From NCBI GenBank assembly GCA_965644315.1, contig CBFFRQ010000136.1, positions 1 through 45,239 on the forward strand: a DNA stretch of 45,239 nucleotides, given 5' to 3'. Each line of letters begins with the position of its first letter. The first letter of the stretch is position 1. This stretch comes from Caecitellus pseudoparvulus. Its lineage: Eukaryota; Protista; Bigyra: Bicosoecida. This document shows positions 22,286 through 34,714 of this stretch, in pieces. The translations under genes were made by a program, and so were the position numbers. Below the pieces are notes generated by a model, which saw only the letters and a list, made by a program, of their open reading frames with translations, was not told where the DNA came from and did no database searches.

Positions 22286-23029
22286 GGTACCATGCCTGGG
22301 TGTGCAAGTGCTGCAGATGCCGACAAAGCACGCTCACTAGCCAAAGCTGCGCTGGTGCGGAAGTGTGCGCAAGACCGCACAATGCAAAGCTGCACGAAGC
22401 TCCGAGGTGAGGCAAGCTTGTACATAAACTGCCGGATGAACAGCGCACACTCTGCTCGCGGGCGCGTTCAAGGAATCGTGATGCTTTTGTCCTCTAGGTT
22501 CAGTTGCGCAGCTTCGTCAAGTCATTTGAAAGGCTGCTTTTGGAAACACGCGAATGATGCAAAAATATGTCTCACGCAGCTGAAACCGGAGTATCAACGA
22601 CAGAACAAAGAGGATCCAGCGGCGGCTGCACCAGCAGACGCGCCTACCAATACGCTCCATGACATTCCATCAACTATTTTTGGGTTGCCCGCTCCTCCCA
22701 CCTCCAGCACAGAGCCAAAGGAGGATCGCATCTCACCCTGCAAGCGACCCAGTGGCAAACAACACTGAGGCCATCCACGAATCAATCAATATGATGTGAA
22801 AAATCTTACAAGTGTGACCTTCAACAGTCACTACAATGTGCAGCTAGCCTTCATGCCGCACGCTGTGGGCTTTCCGCGAGCAAGTTGTACCTCGCCGCCG
22901 CGCCCAGATTCCCAGGCAAGCTGCGAATTTATCACGATTACGAGGCCACAGCTCAACACAATCTGCCTCCTTCGGAAAACACTCGCAAAAGACATCCGAG
23001 TTTTCTGTGCACAAGCAGCGTCTGCGATC

Positions 23030-26000
23030 CCTGACTGAGCGTCTAACGGCGCGTCAGCTGTGAAGGTTGGGCCCGTGGCCTGCGTGAACGCCGCAGCGGC
23101 CAGAGACCCCTCGCTGAGCTGGGTGCCTTGGGCTGGCACGAATGCCAGCTGCCCTTCCACCGCAGAAGGCGCTTCTCCAAGGATGGACGCGGCAAGAGTG
23201 TGCAGAGCATGGGCCAGAGCATGCTGGTTGTGCACTGTGCCCTGCCAAACGCCATCTGCGTGCAGGGTGCTGCTCGCCGCCAACGCCATGGACAGCGGCT
23301 GCTGCACTGGCGCACTCCAAGCTGCATCCACAGTCACACCCACGCTGGAGGCGACACTCGTCCAGCCGTCACTGGACTGCACGTGGAGGTTGGGGAACAC
23401 TTGTGAGCCACTGGCAAGGTGCAGGCCAGACACCAGCAGCTCACCTTGCAGTGCCTGCAGCTGGTCCAGCGGCACTGGGTGTGCGCCTCGCAAGTCTCAC
23501 AAGCCTGGCTGGGAGCCGAGGGAGATCTGCACAAAGTGCACAGGAGCCTGGGTATCCACGGTCCACTGCACAGCCAAGGCAGTTGTGTTCTGCTGGAAGC
23601 AACACAGCCCGCCTGCACTGCTGCTGGCAGTCAGCGGCACAGGTGCAATGGAGCCTGAGAAGGCGGCCACTTGCCCGATGTAGATACTTCCGCTGCTGGT
23701 GTTGGCAAGGTTCCCAGCGCTGTCCGTCGCCCTCACTGACAGCGTCAACGTTTCCTGCCCACTGCCCTGGGGCAAGGACAGGGTTGTGGCGGAGAGGGTG
23801 GCGTTCGTGTCCAGACCAGCTGCAGGCGGAAGCAGCGACACCTCTTGTGCCGTGCTCAGGGCAGTCCACGGCAGCACTGCAGCTCCAGAAGAGGCGTTCA
23901 CAACAGACACCTCGTACGTCAGGGAGCCCGCAGTCGCCACGGCGTCATGCCACCGCCAACAGGCGTGCACTGGTGTCCCGACCGGATGGGACAAGTTCTC
24001 CACAGGCGGAGTGGACCCCGCATGCCCCCTGCGGGCAGCAGACACTGACAGCCAGGTGGGTACAGGAGCTGCCGTGTCCACCACGATGCCGTCTGTGAAG
24101 GCGTACGTCCGCAAGCCGGCGGCGCTGGTCAACACGACTGTTCCGTACAGCACATCGCCCTGGCTCGGAGCAAACCCGGGCACAGCAGAACAAGTGCCTG
24201 AGACCAGGTCAAGCAGTGCGTGCACGACTGCTTGGGACGCTGGCACGACATCCTCCGCACCGGGGCTGGTGCCCCACATGCACTGCACGTGTTCCAGGCC
24301 AGACTCGGCATCCGCCGCGCCCTCCCACGCCAGCGCCAGGAAGTCTGCAGACGCCGTGGCTGCCGCGTCGAAGGCTGCAGCCAGTTCATCGGCACCCAGG
24401 GGCGCCCGCAGCGAATCCCACACCCGCAGCAGTGTGGGACCAGTGGCGTCCACGGCAGCCGAACGAGCGGTGCTGGTGGTGTACTCACCAGCGCCATTTG
24501 CGACGGTGAGGGAGAAGTAGGCCCGATTCCCATGCACAATGTTGGAGGCCAGGAACGTGCTGAGGGACTCCAGAGGCACGGTGGCAGGGGGCGCAAGCTG
24601 TGTGCCGCCTTGGGAAGTGCCAGCCGACACGACCACCACAGCCAGACCGCTCTCGGCATCTGCAGCGGCATCAAACGTCAGCGCAAAGGCACCTGCTACG
24701 CCAGACATGGAGGGTGCACAAGAAATGCACTCAGTGATGGAGGCACCGTGAGTGGCCTTGTACGTGCCGAGGGGGCAGGGGGCACAGGCGCCACTGGTCG
24801 CCTCTCGGTAGGTGCCCGGCGCACACTGTAGAGCTGGGGAATCTGAAGACACGGGCGGTGTGGGAGTGACAATCCCAGTGGCGCCCGAGTTGCAGGCATC
24901 ACAAAGGGCGGGGTCGTTACCCAGTACTTGCTTGCAGGCGGGCACGGCACAGGGCTGGCAAGCCTTGCTCGTCGCGTTCAGCACGAAGCCCGGCTCACAC
25001 TGGCACGCGCCGCCACCGTGCGTGAACTCGGGCACGAATGCGGCATTGGGGTCGGCACAGGCACACGTGCTGCGCCCCGCAGGATCCCCGATCCCGAACG
25101 CCGTCAGCAGCAGGGTCTGTGCACTCGCGCCAGCCAGGGAAGGCAGTGTCTCGTCACATGCAAAGCCGTCCGAGGAGGCGACGCTGGCGTGCCCTGCCAT
25201 GTTCGCGGCGCGCACACTGGTGTACACAGTGCTCCCAGGCGTCAGCGCCAGGCCTGTCGCAGCCCATGCCGTGCGCTGCGCCACAACTGTTGGAGGCATG
25301 ACGTCATCCATCCCTGCCGCGTTGCCCAGCGCAACCTCGTACATTGCGATGCCAGAGGGGCCAACGAAAGAGTCCCAGTTCGCAGCCACCCGGCTTCAGT
25401 CGGCGGAAAAGTCCACGTCGCCGCCCAATCGTGCGCCATCGCGCACGACGCTGGCAGTGGGCCCACTTGTGACCAAGGGTGCAGGGCGACCCAGTGCTCG
25501 GCGTGCCAGGCATGCTGCGTTTGTCGCCTTCACGCTGCAGGCCAAGAAGCGGCCTTCAGGGAGGGGGCTTGGCACCCCATCGCTTCCGGAGGTAATGCTT
25601 ATTTGGTCCTCACCTGTTTCCCGGGACAGCACATTGGACAGCGGCACGATGGAGCCGGTACCGCCCGCGGTCACCTCCACCAGCTCCACCTCAATGCCCA
25701 CCACTGGTGTCTGGGCGTCCTGCATACCTTCCCACCCACAAGTGACCTATGCCGCATCGTCTAGCAGGGACACTTCGCTGCAAGTGGCGTCCAGGAAGTG
25801 CACGCTGCCGATGTCTGGCGGGGTGATGTCTACGACGACGGGCTTGGAGAATACCGTGCGCAGGCCAGCTTCGTTCGTGCCAATCACGGACATGTAGTAC
25901 TTGGTGCCAGTGACTAGGTGCAGGCCGCTCCAGGAGGCAGCTGGGCTGGCAAGGGGTGTGGAATACCCATGCACCTGCTCCCCGTGAGACGACGTGCCCA

Positions 26001-26325
26001 GGGCGGCCGAGTAGGCAACATCGCCCTCTGCGTCCAGGAACGGTGCCCAGGACAGGGCCACGGCGCCGGTGGAGGACGCACAATACACACCGTCCAGGGG
26101 CTGCCCATCCGCCACTGCCGCTATGCCGTCGAAGGTCGCCGCTGTCTCGTCTTGGGTGAAGGAGGTGTGCTCCGCGCGCGGCAGCGCTCCGTCTTCGTCA
26201 TACGCGACGACTGTCACGAGTTATTCCGTCCCAGTCAGCAGATCAAGGCCAGTGGTGCTGGATTGCGTGGCGGAAGCCACAAACGCCAGTGGGCGCGCAA
26301 GTGCGCCGCACGTGCTGGAATCAAG
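23030..26325 (-). pseudogene. Fragment of a large extracellular FN3-like repeat protein with Cys-rich inserts; 4 in-frame stops; truncated at both ends
   Basis: Repeated D(A)ESG / GTxPGxxDV / YxSVxAxNxAG / DxTxP motifs, plus CAPCPLGTYK-type repeats. One frame throughout, with stops at 26221 (TAA), 25747 (TAG), 25396 (TGA) and 23497 (TGA). Confidence 0.8.
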
Positions 26326-26782
26326 CTATTGCACTGGCGCGACACGCTTCAAGCCCTCTGTGCAGGTCTTGCCTCATTTCCAGAAGTTTTTGCCGATTTC
26401 GTGTGCTGGTCACAATCCAATGAGATCGGTTCAAGTCATCTTGCCCAAAGCATGCCTTACGGTTGTCCCTCTCCCGCCAGCGAGCGCTGCACAGTGCGGG
26501 TATGGCGTTTCGGTTTGCTTCACCACGACAATCCAGGATGCCCACGATATCTCTGCTATGGGCGGCACCCCACCGGTGCTGAACAGCTGGAAGGTCCAAA
26601 CCATGCAGTTGATTTGATGAAACGTTGAATTATTCTGCAAGTCTCTCATACCACGCGTCTAGCCTCGGGATCCTGGCTGGCCTGCGTGTGGATGAAACTC
26701 CCTTCAACCAGCCGGAGAGCCGGTGGCCCTGCTCCAGCTCTCAATGGGGCGCACGCTTGGCAGTCGGCGAGCTGAGATCACA

Positions 26783-29385
26783 TTACCTTGCTCGCTTCTC
26801 CCGCTGGGCAAACTGCTCTTCATCTCGCTGCACCAGGCTGGCCACTCGCTCGACCTGGCCGATAGTGGCGTGGGCAGCGGAGGCAATGCGGGACGCTGCT
26901 GTGTTGGGGCTGTACTTGGCAGTCTTAGCCTCTTGAGCCTCCTGCTCCTCCATGAACAGTCGGCGAATGTCTTCCTCAATCTCTGGCGTGACAGACGAGG
27001 TGGTCTTGCGGTACAGGGGCTTGCCAGAGGCCTTGGCTTCCTCGAATGTGGTAGGGGCAGGCGCATCCGGGCAGCTCTGCAAGGCTGCTGTCAGGGTACC
27101 TCGAGCAAAGCCACCCACTTCACCAGTCAGCACAGAGCAAAGCTCCAGAGTGGCCGAAACGCCTTGGGATTTGTTGCGGGTCTCTTCCTGGCGCCATTCG
27201 ACGCTCGCATACGTGGGCAGCAGCCTGGCAGCAGTGGCTTGGTTCTTCTCCAGCCAGTACAGCGCCAGGTTCATCTCGGCAACATCCAAGCGAGTGGATA
27301 TGCCCGCTGACACCATGCGCCGCATGCCTGAGTGCAGGCTCTCATTGCCCCCGGTGGTGGTGGCGCCGTGCACCGCGTCACGCCCATCCAGCAAGCCTTG
27401 AAGCCCCACAACGTTCTGCAATGACGCCTTGACCCGAGAGTGAGTGGCGTGCAAGGAGGACTTGGGATCCAGGATGTCGCGTGTGATGCGGCCTTGCACG
27501 GCAGTGCCTGCGCCACCCCGCGATGCAGGCGCCCACACCTGGCGAAACAGGCTTGCAGTGCGCTCCAGTGCCGCTGATGCCTGCTTGCGAGTGCAAGGCC
27601 CAATGTGAAGAGGGAGGATGGGCACCCCGCTCGGGTGCAGCCCAGCCTGAGTTGGAGTGAAGTGCTCTCCTTCGCACCGACGGAGTAGCATACCTGCTGC
27701 AGTGGCACAGGCAGCAGCCAGAGCGAGGGGGACGTGCTTGCGAAGCCTTGCGGCAGCCCCAACTGCACGCCCTGGGCCGTACAGGGCCCACCCATAGGCT
27801 GTGAGGAATTCTTGGACTTGTGTCTTTTGGGAGTCTGACAGGGTCTTTCGTTGCAAGACGCGGCGGGCGCAGTCGATGAAGGCCTGCATGTCGGCAGGCT
27901 CAGCCGAGCTCAAGGCGGCTCGTTGACGAGCAATGATATCCTCTGGCATGAGCAACTTGGGAGACACCACGTCCAGTGCAGGCGTCCGGATCCACTCCAC
28001 TGTGTCCAACCACAGCCTGATGAAGAGTGGGCCATCCTGGTGCATGGCTCGCTTGGGAATGGCCTTGGCCACGCGGCTGGCGAAGTGCCACGGGTCCACG
28101 GCGAACCGCACCACGCCTTTCTGCAGCGGTGGGAATTGCAAGTCGATGATTGCTTGCAGGGCGTGCTGGTGGATCTTGAGGTTGTCCACTGTGATGACGC
28201 TGGGGTGGGACGCCGCCGGGCCGCGCTCCCGCAGGTGCCCCTTCAGCCTGTGCAGTAGAGAGTCCAGGACTCGAGCCAGATTTGCCCAGCTTTCGTAGTC
28301 CGCGAACATAGGAGGCTGCAGGATGAAGCCGTACCGGCCCACAACCGTGGCTATGCAGGGAGCAACTCGCCACAGGATCTTGCCTGCGACCCGCATGGCC
28401 GCCTCTGCTGCTCACACAGGCTTCTCCCTCTGCACCCACGTCGCTGTCGCTGTCGCTGTCGCTGGCGCAGTCACTGCCTTCTTCCCCATCCAGCTCATCT
28501 TCGGCCTCTCCCTCGCCCAGCTCGTGCTGTGTGCTCACTGGCGCAACTCTGGCCCTGCGCAGTGGCTGTGGGCCTGCGACGTGCACCCGGGTCGAAGATA
28601 CAAAGTCCAGTCCACGCTGATGGTGTCAGCGAAGCGTGTGAGGGTCTGCAGGTACCCCTCCAACTGCAGCTTGACAGCGGCATGGTAGATGTGCAGGATG
28701 GCATCCCGCAGAGGCTTCACGCTTGTGCTGAATCGCACGTTGCCCACGACGTGCTTCCTGGCTCGGCGCACAGCGTGAGCCAGTGCGTGCTGCATGCCAG
28801 GGCGTGCCCTAAGAGAGGCCTGCTTCCTGAACAGCGTCTCTTTCCAGGAGTCAATGTTGTGTTCAAAGGGCCGCATGAGGTCTCGCCAGAAGGCTGCCTG
28901 CACCTTGACCGTGCCTTCGCGGTAACGCATGACGGAGCACTCCCACAGGCGAAAGGCGTGCACGCGATGTGCACAGTGTGGCGTGTCTGAAGGCGAGGGG
29001 TATGCAATCTACGACACTTGATGCAGGCTGCGTGTGGGAGAGTCTGCGCTGGCAGGGGCGAGTTTGACGCCATGCCTGGCTGGGCCGTGGGTAAGTCTGC
29101 CGCTGTAGGGCTAGAGGCAGGTTTGTGGGTGGAGAGACACCCAAACGTGCTCCTGTGAGACGTGGATGGTCAGCCCTGGCTGAGGAATCTTTGCAGTGGT
29201 GTCGATGCGTCATTCTCATGGCGTTCCTTGACCATGAAAGTGGCTTCCTTTCCTGTGGCGCGCGATCTTGCTTCTAGGGGCTTGTTCAGCACTGGCCTGA
29301 AACGTAGCCAAAGCCTGCCTGTGCGTCCTTCTTGTGCATCCCTTCGCTCCAGGTCTCTGCCGGCCTGTCCCAGGCACGGCTTCAT
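26783..29385 (-). mobile_element. DDE transposase relic of the DxxH group (Mutator/IS256/ISL3-like catalytic layout), frameshifted
   Basis: ISVDWT (D ~28610), ITVDN (D ~28185), AVDPWH (DxxH ~28095) and TTGGNESLH (E ~27342) appear in the expected order. Frameshifts surround an acidic stretch at 28400-28590. No TIRs were found and the upstream limit is approximate. Confidence 0.65.
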
Positions 29386-29790
29386 ACATCAGGCCAAGCT
29401 TGACACTTTCTCCACCTTGGCACAACTCTAATCAAACCGTGCCGCGGGCGACAGAATCCAGAACTGAAGCAATCATACAAAGACCTTTGCTCACTGTCGG
29501 TGTGAATCTGTCTTTCCCTGCACTGCGTTAGGGGGTGGTGCGTGCAGCGCTGGCGTGTCAGCTGCCGTTGCGATTTCCGCACCAGCAGCTCTGCCGCATT
29601 CTTCGCGCAACGAACGACACAGCTGCTGACCTTGCATACCCACAGGCTTGACATCGTCACTGTTCCACTGCCTTTTCTGCTGTGCACCTGCTGCTCTTCT
29701 GCGCGACATCACGGAGCTTGCTTTGCACGAGCCTGTCTCAACCTGTGGCTCCAACTTCAGCGTCGGGCACTTGGCACCCTGGAATCAGAC

Positions 29791-30380
29791 ATGGCAACCG
29801 TTGACGGCCAAGAACATCTAAATCCCCAGTGGAAAGCTGCTTGTGAAGAGGGAGATGCAGATCAGCTGTGGCGCATCTTGCAACAAGCCAGCGCGCAGAC
29901 TTTCACTTTGACTGTAGTTCTGGACAAGTCAGACACAACAGCAGGGTTTCAGGTTGCGTGCAGAAGAGGCCATGTGAAGTTGGTGCAGATGCTACTGGCT
30001 CTGACAGGAGATCTGGTGGTGGATGTGCACGCGGCAGATGAGCGTGGACCCGAGGCCGCGTTCCGAAGCGCAAGCGCCAATGGCCACACAGACGTCGTGC
30101 GCGAGCTGCTGGGCCTCACTGGAGCACGGGCAGTAGATGTGCACGCAGCGGATGGGGACGGACCTGAGGCCGCCTTCCGATGGGCATGCGCCACCGGCCA
30201 CACAGACATCGTGCGTTAGCTGTTGGGCCTCACTGGCCACCGAGCGATCCCAGCTCAAGTCTGGCAAAAAGAGAGGAAGTCTGTCATGCAAGCTGCGCGT
30301 GATGCAGTGTGGACTGGCACCAGCACTCGTCGCGGGCGGCGTGCTATGCTCTTGCTGAGATCTCGTGTTGCGAGGCAGGC
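29791..30380 (+). pseudogene. Ankyrin-like 38-aa repeat protein, copy 2 (short, about 3 repeats), in-frame TAG
   Basis: ATG at 29791; N-cap WKAACEEGD; VDVHAADxxGPEAAFR repeats; TAG at 30217-30219 in VR*LL; C-cap DAVWTGTSTRRGRRAMLLLR. The 3' end is approximate. Confidence 0.8.
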
Positions 30381-30555
30381 GCGAGGAGAGGTCTCACTAC
30401 TTCCCCTCGCCACGCTCTTCCCTCTCGCACTCTTTCAAATTCCCCCACCACTCTTAAAGAGTCCTGCAGTAAGGATCAGCACTCTGATTCCATGCTTGAA
30501 CTGCATTCAAGACTTGCTTTTGCCCAGTATTTTCAATGTGGCGTCCTGCCGACTC

Positions 30556-31989
30556 TCAAGGCACGCCAACCATGTGGAGTGCGCACATGTTCTCGTTGCC
30601 AAACACCCCCAAGTAGCTGGGCACGTCGCAGAGACGTGGATCGTGCAAGCCAGCACCATCGGTTTTTTCTGCGTCTGTGCAGTACACAAAGAAGAGGTCC
30701 ACATCTTCTGGTCGAGAGATGGGGTCAATGAAGGTGGCAGCGCGTCGCACATCTCCTTCACGGGATCCAGCGCTGCCCGTCGAGGCCTCCGCTTCAGCCT
30801 GCAGCACTTTGCGCACATGCTCTTGCAGTTCCGACCTGTGATTCTCGCCCACATTTTCAGGCCGTATGCTGAGCACAGGTTGGCCGCCTTCGTTTCTGCG
30901 AATGTGGCCCGGGACAGAGACTGGGACGCCAAAGCTCCACAGAACACTGCTCGCTAAGCTCCCGAGCTTCGGTTCGGCCTTGCCTGATAGTTCAATCCCG
31001 TCTCCGCTGTCACGGCCCAAGGACACTGATTGGGCGAGATGGTCTGGTTGGACATGCCAGGATTTTTCTGCAATGAGCCTCACGAAGCGCATAAGTGAGC
31101 CCGAGTTGAGGAGCTCTGTCGCCTCGTCATCACCGACGCCACTCTTCAAGTTCTGGAGTGGCTGGAGGTTGCTCCTGAAAGACAGCGGCTCAGTAGTTGT
31201 AACCAAGAAGCAGACTTGGAGTCTGTCGCGGCCATCCTGCTTGGCGCGACGAAAGACGACAAAGTCGAGGTTGGGGATCACCCCGTGCATCTGGACTGTA
31301 TGAACGCCGTCCACTGGGAGCCCATGCAGCACAGCAATGTCGCAGAAGGCAACAGTGTTTATGCCCTTGTTATCTGAGCGGTTAGAGTTCCGCATACGGC
31401 GGAGCTGCAGGAACTCTGAGCATCGCTGAGGGGTGAGGGCCCAGTTGCCCAGCATCTGCTCTGGTGTCAGTCCGCCTGAGATGGACAGCTGGTCATACTG
31501 CCCACCGAACAGCCCCATCTTGAGGAGCATTGCAACACACATAGAATACTGCTGATCGTGTGCAAAGTCTGGCACAACCGCAACCAGTTGCTGCATCGCT
31601 TGCCTCAATGTACCTTTGGAATGCAGGTACAGTTGTTTTTGGCTATTTTCGGTCTCGAACAGGGCTTCAATCAATGTCTTGAAGCCTGTGTACGTCAAGC
31701 AATGTGTGTTGCCAGCGAGGTCCATGTCCAGCGGGTTCTTGCGTTGAAGGATGTGATAGCTCATCAGCATGCCAGGGCTCAGCAGTCGTGGGTAGACAGT
31801 CGCATCTGCCCCTTCGGCAATGCGTTGCTTGACATGACGTGTCAGGAATTCGCACAAGTGGCGCGATTCGAGCTCGACCAACTGTTTGAAATCCTCAACC
31901 ACTTTATCCTTGGTGCTGGAACGCATGTCGCAGAGCGGTGCGAGCATAGTCAGCATTCGTAGTTCGGCTGCCACGTGCTTGAACTGCAT
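30556..31989 (-). pseudogene. Crinkler/RHS-like paralogue 2, C-terminal half only, nuclease motif degenerate
   Basis: Shares LLKMGLFG, PNLDFVVFRR...LQVCF, SVLWSFGVP and VDLFFVYCT...GVFG with paralogue 1. No Walker A, and the IETT motif is replaced by LVTT. Confidence 0.65.
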
Positions 31990-32554
31990 TCAGCTACAAA
32001 CTTCACCACTCCACACAAACTGCTCCCCACAGGCATGCACAGTCTGGACAAAGTGGGCAGCACTTGCTCCATCCAATCCACAGCCCCCAAGCACCTCCAC
32101 GGCGCCTGAGATGCATGTGCTGTGACCTCCACCTGCGCCAATCGCCTGCCAAAGCGCACTGCCCACCAAGGCCTGCCTTTGCTCCCACAAGTATCATGAC
32201 CACGACTGAGGCTGCAAGAAGCAGCTTGAAGTTCGCCCTTCCCCACGTCATGCGCCTTGGCCTTGGCGCCACTGCAGCAGCTGTCCAAGTGTGCCCTGTG
32301 TCGAGTGTGGGCGAGGTTGCCAAGGTAGAATGGAGGCTCCAAGCTGCAGCAAGGCTTCGAAGCTGGCCAGCATTGCAGCTCAAGCTCCTTGGGATGCCAA
32401 GACACACCCTGCTTGCAGCCTTCAACCCGGCCCAAGCCCCACACTCGCAATTTGGCCCGTGAAGGTGCAGCGGGTGGCAGCAAGCCACACCAAGCCTCCT
32501 CTGCAACCTGCGCCACCAGCCAGAGAAGCACCCCCACCAGTGCAGCTCGCGCAC

Positions 32555-34045
32555 CTACGCAGAGACAACCCACGCTATGAAGAGCTCCATTGGCTTTCGT
32601 CCGTGGCGAGTGCTCGTGCCGCCCCAGACAGCGTCCTTGGCTGCCTCCGCCGCGATGTCCCCTGTCGCAAGGCAAGCTTGATGAACAACTGCTCGAGCTC
32701 CACCCAGACCCACGAGCTCCCTACAACCGCGATAAGGACCTTCTCGCATGCTTGACGAAGACCAGCTTCATCTCAATGCGCACGTCTACACTTCGACCAA
32801 TACTCAAGGCAAGAAGCTCACGAACCACGCCCAAGTTGCTGTTGGAGCTGGCCCAGACAAACCCGAAGTCAAGCCCGCCTGCATCCCCAATACTCGCATC
32901 TACAGCATAAAGGCCTGCTCGAGACAAAATCCTCTGCACAGCAGAAAAGCGCCGCTCTGACATGCCCATCGAGCGTCGAACTCTTTCCGAGCATTTACGC
33001 GGCTGCAAGTCTGCTCTTCAGCTAGCCCAAGCAGCTCACGAAAGACGCCCACGTGCCTGCCATGGCACGTCTTCACAAGTTCGGCCCCAGATTCCTTCCC
33101 ATCACTTGCATGCGCGTCCACAGCTCGGCCCCGTCAAAGTGCGAGAAGCTCCCACAACACATCCACATGCCAGCCTGAGAGCAGCTCTTCACCTGGATCC
33201 ACCTCTCGCGTGTTCGTCAGCTGTCCGGCCACCATGCAAGCTCAAAAGTGTCACCAACATCCCAGGTGTCCATGCCAGCATGCGAGTCGAATCCTGGCCT
33301 CAGACCCGTGGAGGTCTGCTGTGTGCACGTCCACTACGCGCTCTTCTCCCAAAAACGAGAGTCTCTACTCTGCCCGCAGAAGTAACGCAGCTCTGCACCC
33401 CTGCCGAGTGCTTGTGCCGTCCCATACGGCATTTTTGCCAGCCTGGACAGCAGCAGGCCCGGCATCAAGCCTGTCCTGGAGTGGAATGATGCGGCTGCCA
33501 GTCAGCGCCAGCAGCTCTCGCGTGACACCCACATTGCCACCTTGGAAGGCAAATCAGAAGGCAACCCCGTTGCCCGCGTTCACATTCACAGCCCGCTGCC
33601 CAGTCAGAGCTTGGAGTTCTCGCACGATTTCCACATGGCCAAATGCACACGCTTCGCGGAAGCCAGCCCCAGGCACACCCCTTAGCCCAGCATGCACATC
33701 CACTGCCTGGCCACCCTCCAAGGTCAGGAGCCCACGGATCACTTCCAAGTGACAGTTCTTGCACGCACCCCGGAACCCTCCTTCGGGCCCAAGCCAGTCC
33801 CTTGCGTGCACATCCACGGCCCGCGGACCAGTCAGAGCCAAGAGTTCACGCACGATATCGACGTGACCAAGCCCACATGCCCCCTGAAATCAGACCTCTC
33901 GCCCACAAAGGCCGCCAATATGCACACCCACCACACTGTCACCTGCCAGCGCCTGGACATAGCGGACTTCCTGCACCCTTCCGTCTCAACAAGCAGCCAG
34001 GAGTTTGGCTTCGCCTCTGCCACCTCCTTGTCCACCTCCCAGCAT
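32555..34045 (-). pseudogene. Ankyrin-like 38-aa repeat protein, copy 3, heavily decayed
   Basis: Pieces such as VRELLALTGPRAVDVHARDWLGPEGGFRGAC and the C-cap AAKDAVWGGTSTRHGRK, separated by several stops and frameshifts. Confidence 0.8.
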
Positions 34046-34714
34046 GAAAGGGCTGATCAGGTCAATCGACATCATTGGCTCCAACAGTATCAAAGAGCCT
34101 ACATCTCCGAACGGTGCTTGCCATCCCTCCTCTGGCGCTGCTTCATGCGTCTGTCCATCCACCGTGGTCCAGCAAGCAGATTCCGCAACTCCGCACGCGC
34201 TGCAGCTGTCCCGTCTGCGCTGCAGGCTTAGCTGCAGCGATTCGCCCACACTTGAGTACATTCAATCTACCCCTGTCATCCACTTGTGCGACTTTATGCA
34301 GGTGTGAATTGCAGTGCACCTCGTGTTTGCGCTGGCGCTGTCACTGCTTCGCCCAGCTGCTGGCCACGCCAAACACCCACAGCTGGCGCTCCACTCTTCC
34401 TGCAAGGCCTGGCGCAGCAGCACACCAGATTGCAACTTTCAACCAAAGCTGCTTCACCATCCCAGCCCGTCTCCATCCTGCACACCTGCTCACGCTCCCC
34501 GCCAGGCCGCGCAAGAGGCACGCTCGAGCCACAGCAAGCAGCCCTGGGAGCTCAGCAGTCTTAGAACGCCCACCCTGACCCCGTCCACGCACAATGCGCC
34601 CAGCAGTCAGCTGTGTTCAATGTGCATTGCCTTCACACAGCCCACCAAGTGCACAAGGTCAGCCGATCCGCACACGAGCTTCGCACCGTAGCCACTGGGC
34701 AAACTCAACACTCC

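Noticed and set aside
28440-28465. (GTCGCT)n short tandem repeat
   Set aside because: Encodes a DSDSDSD low-complexity stretch inside the transposase relic; not an independent element.
26300-29550. Terminal inverted repeats or target-site duplication for the DDE element
   Set aside because: No convincing inverted or direct repeat was found at the plausible boundaries by eye.
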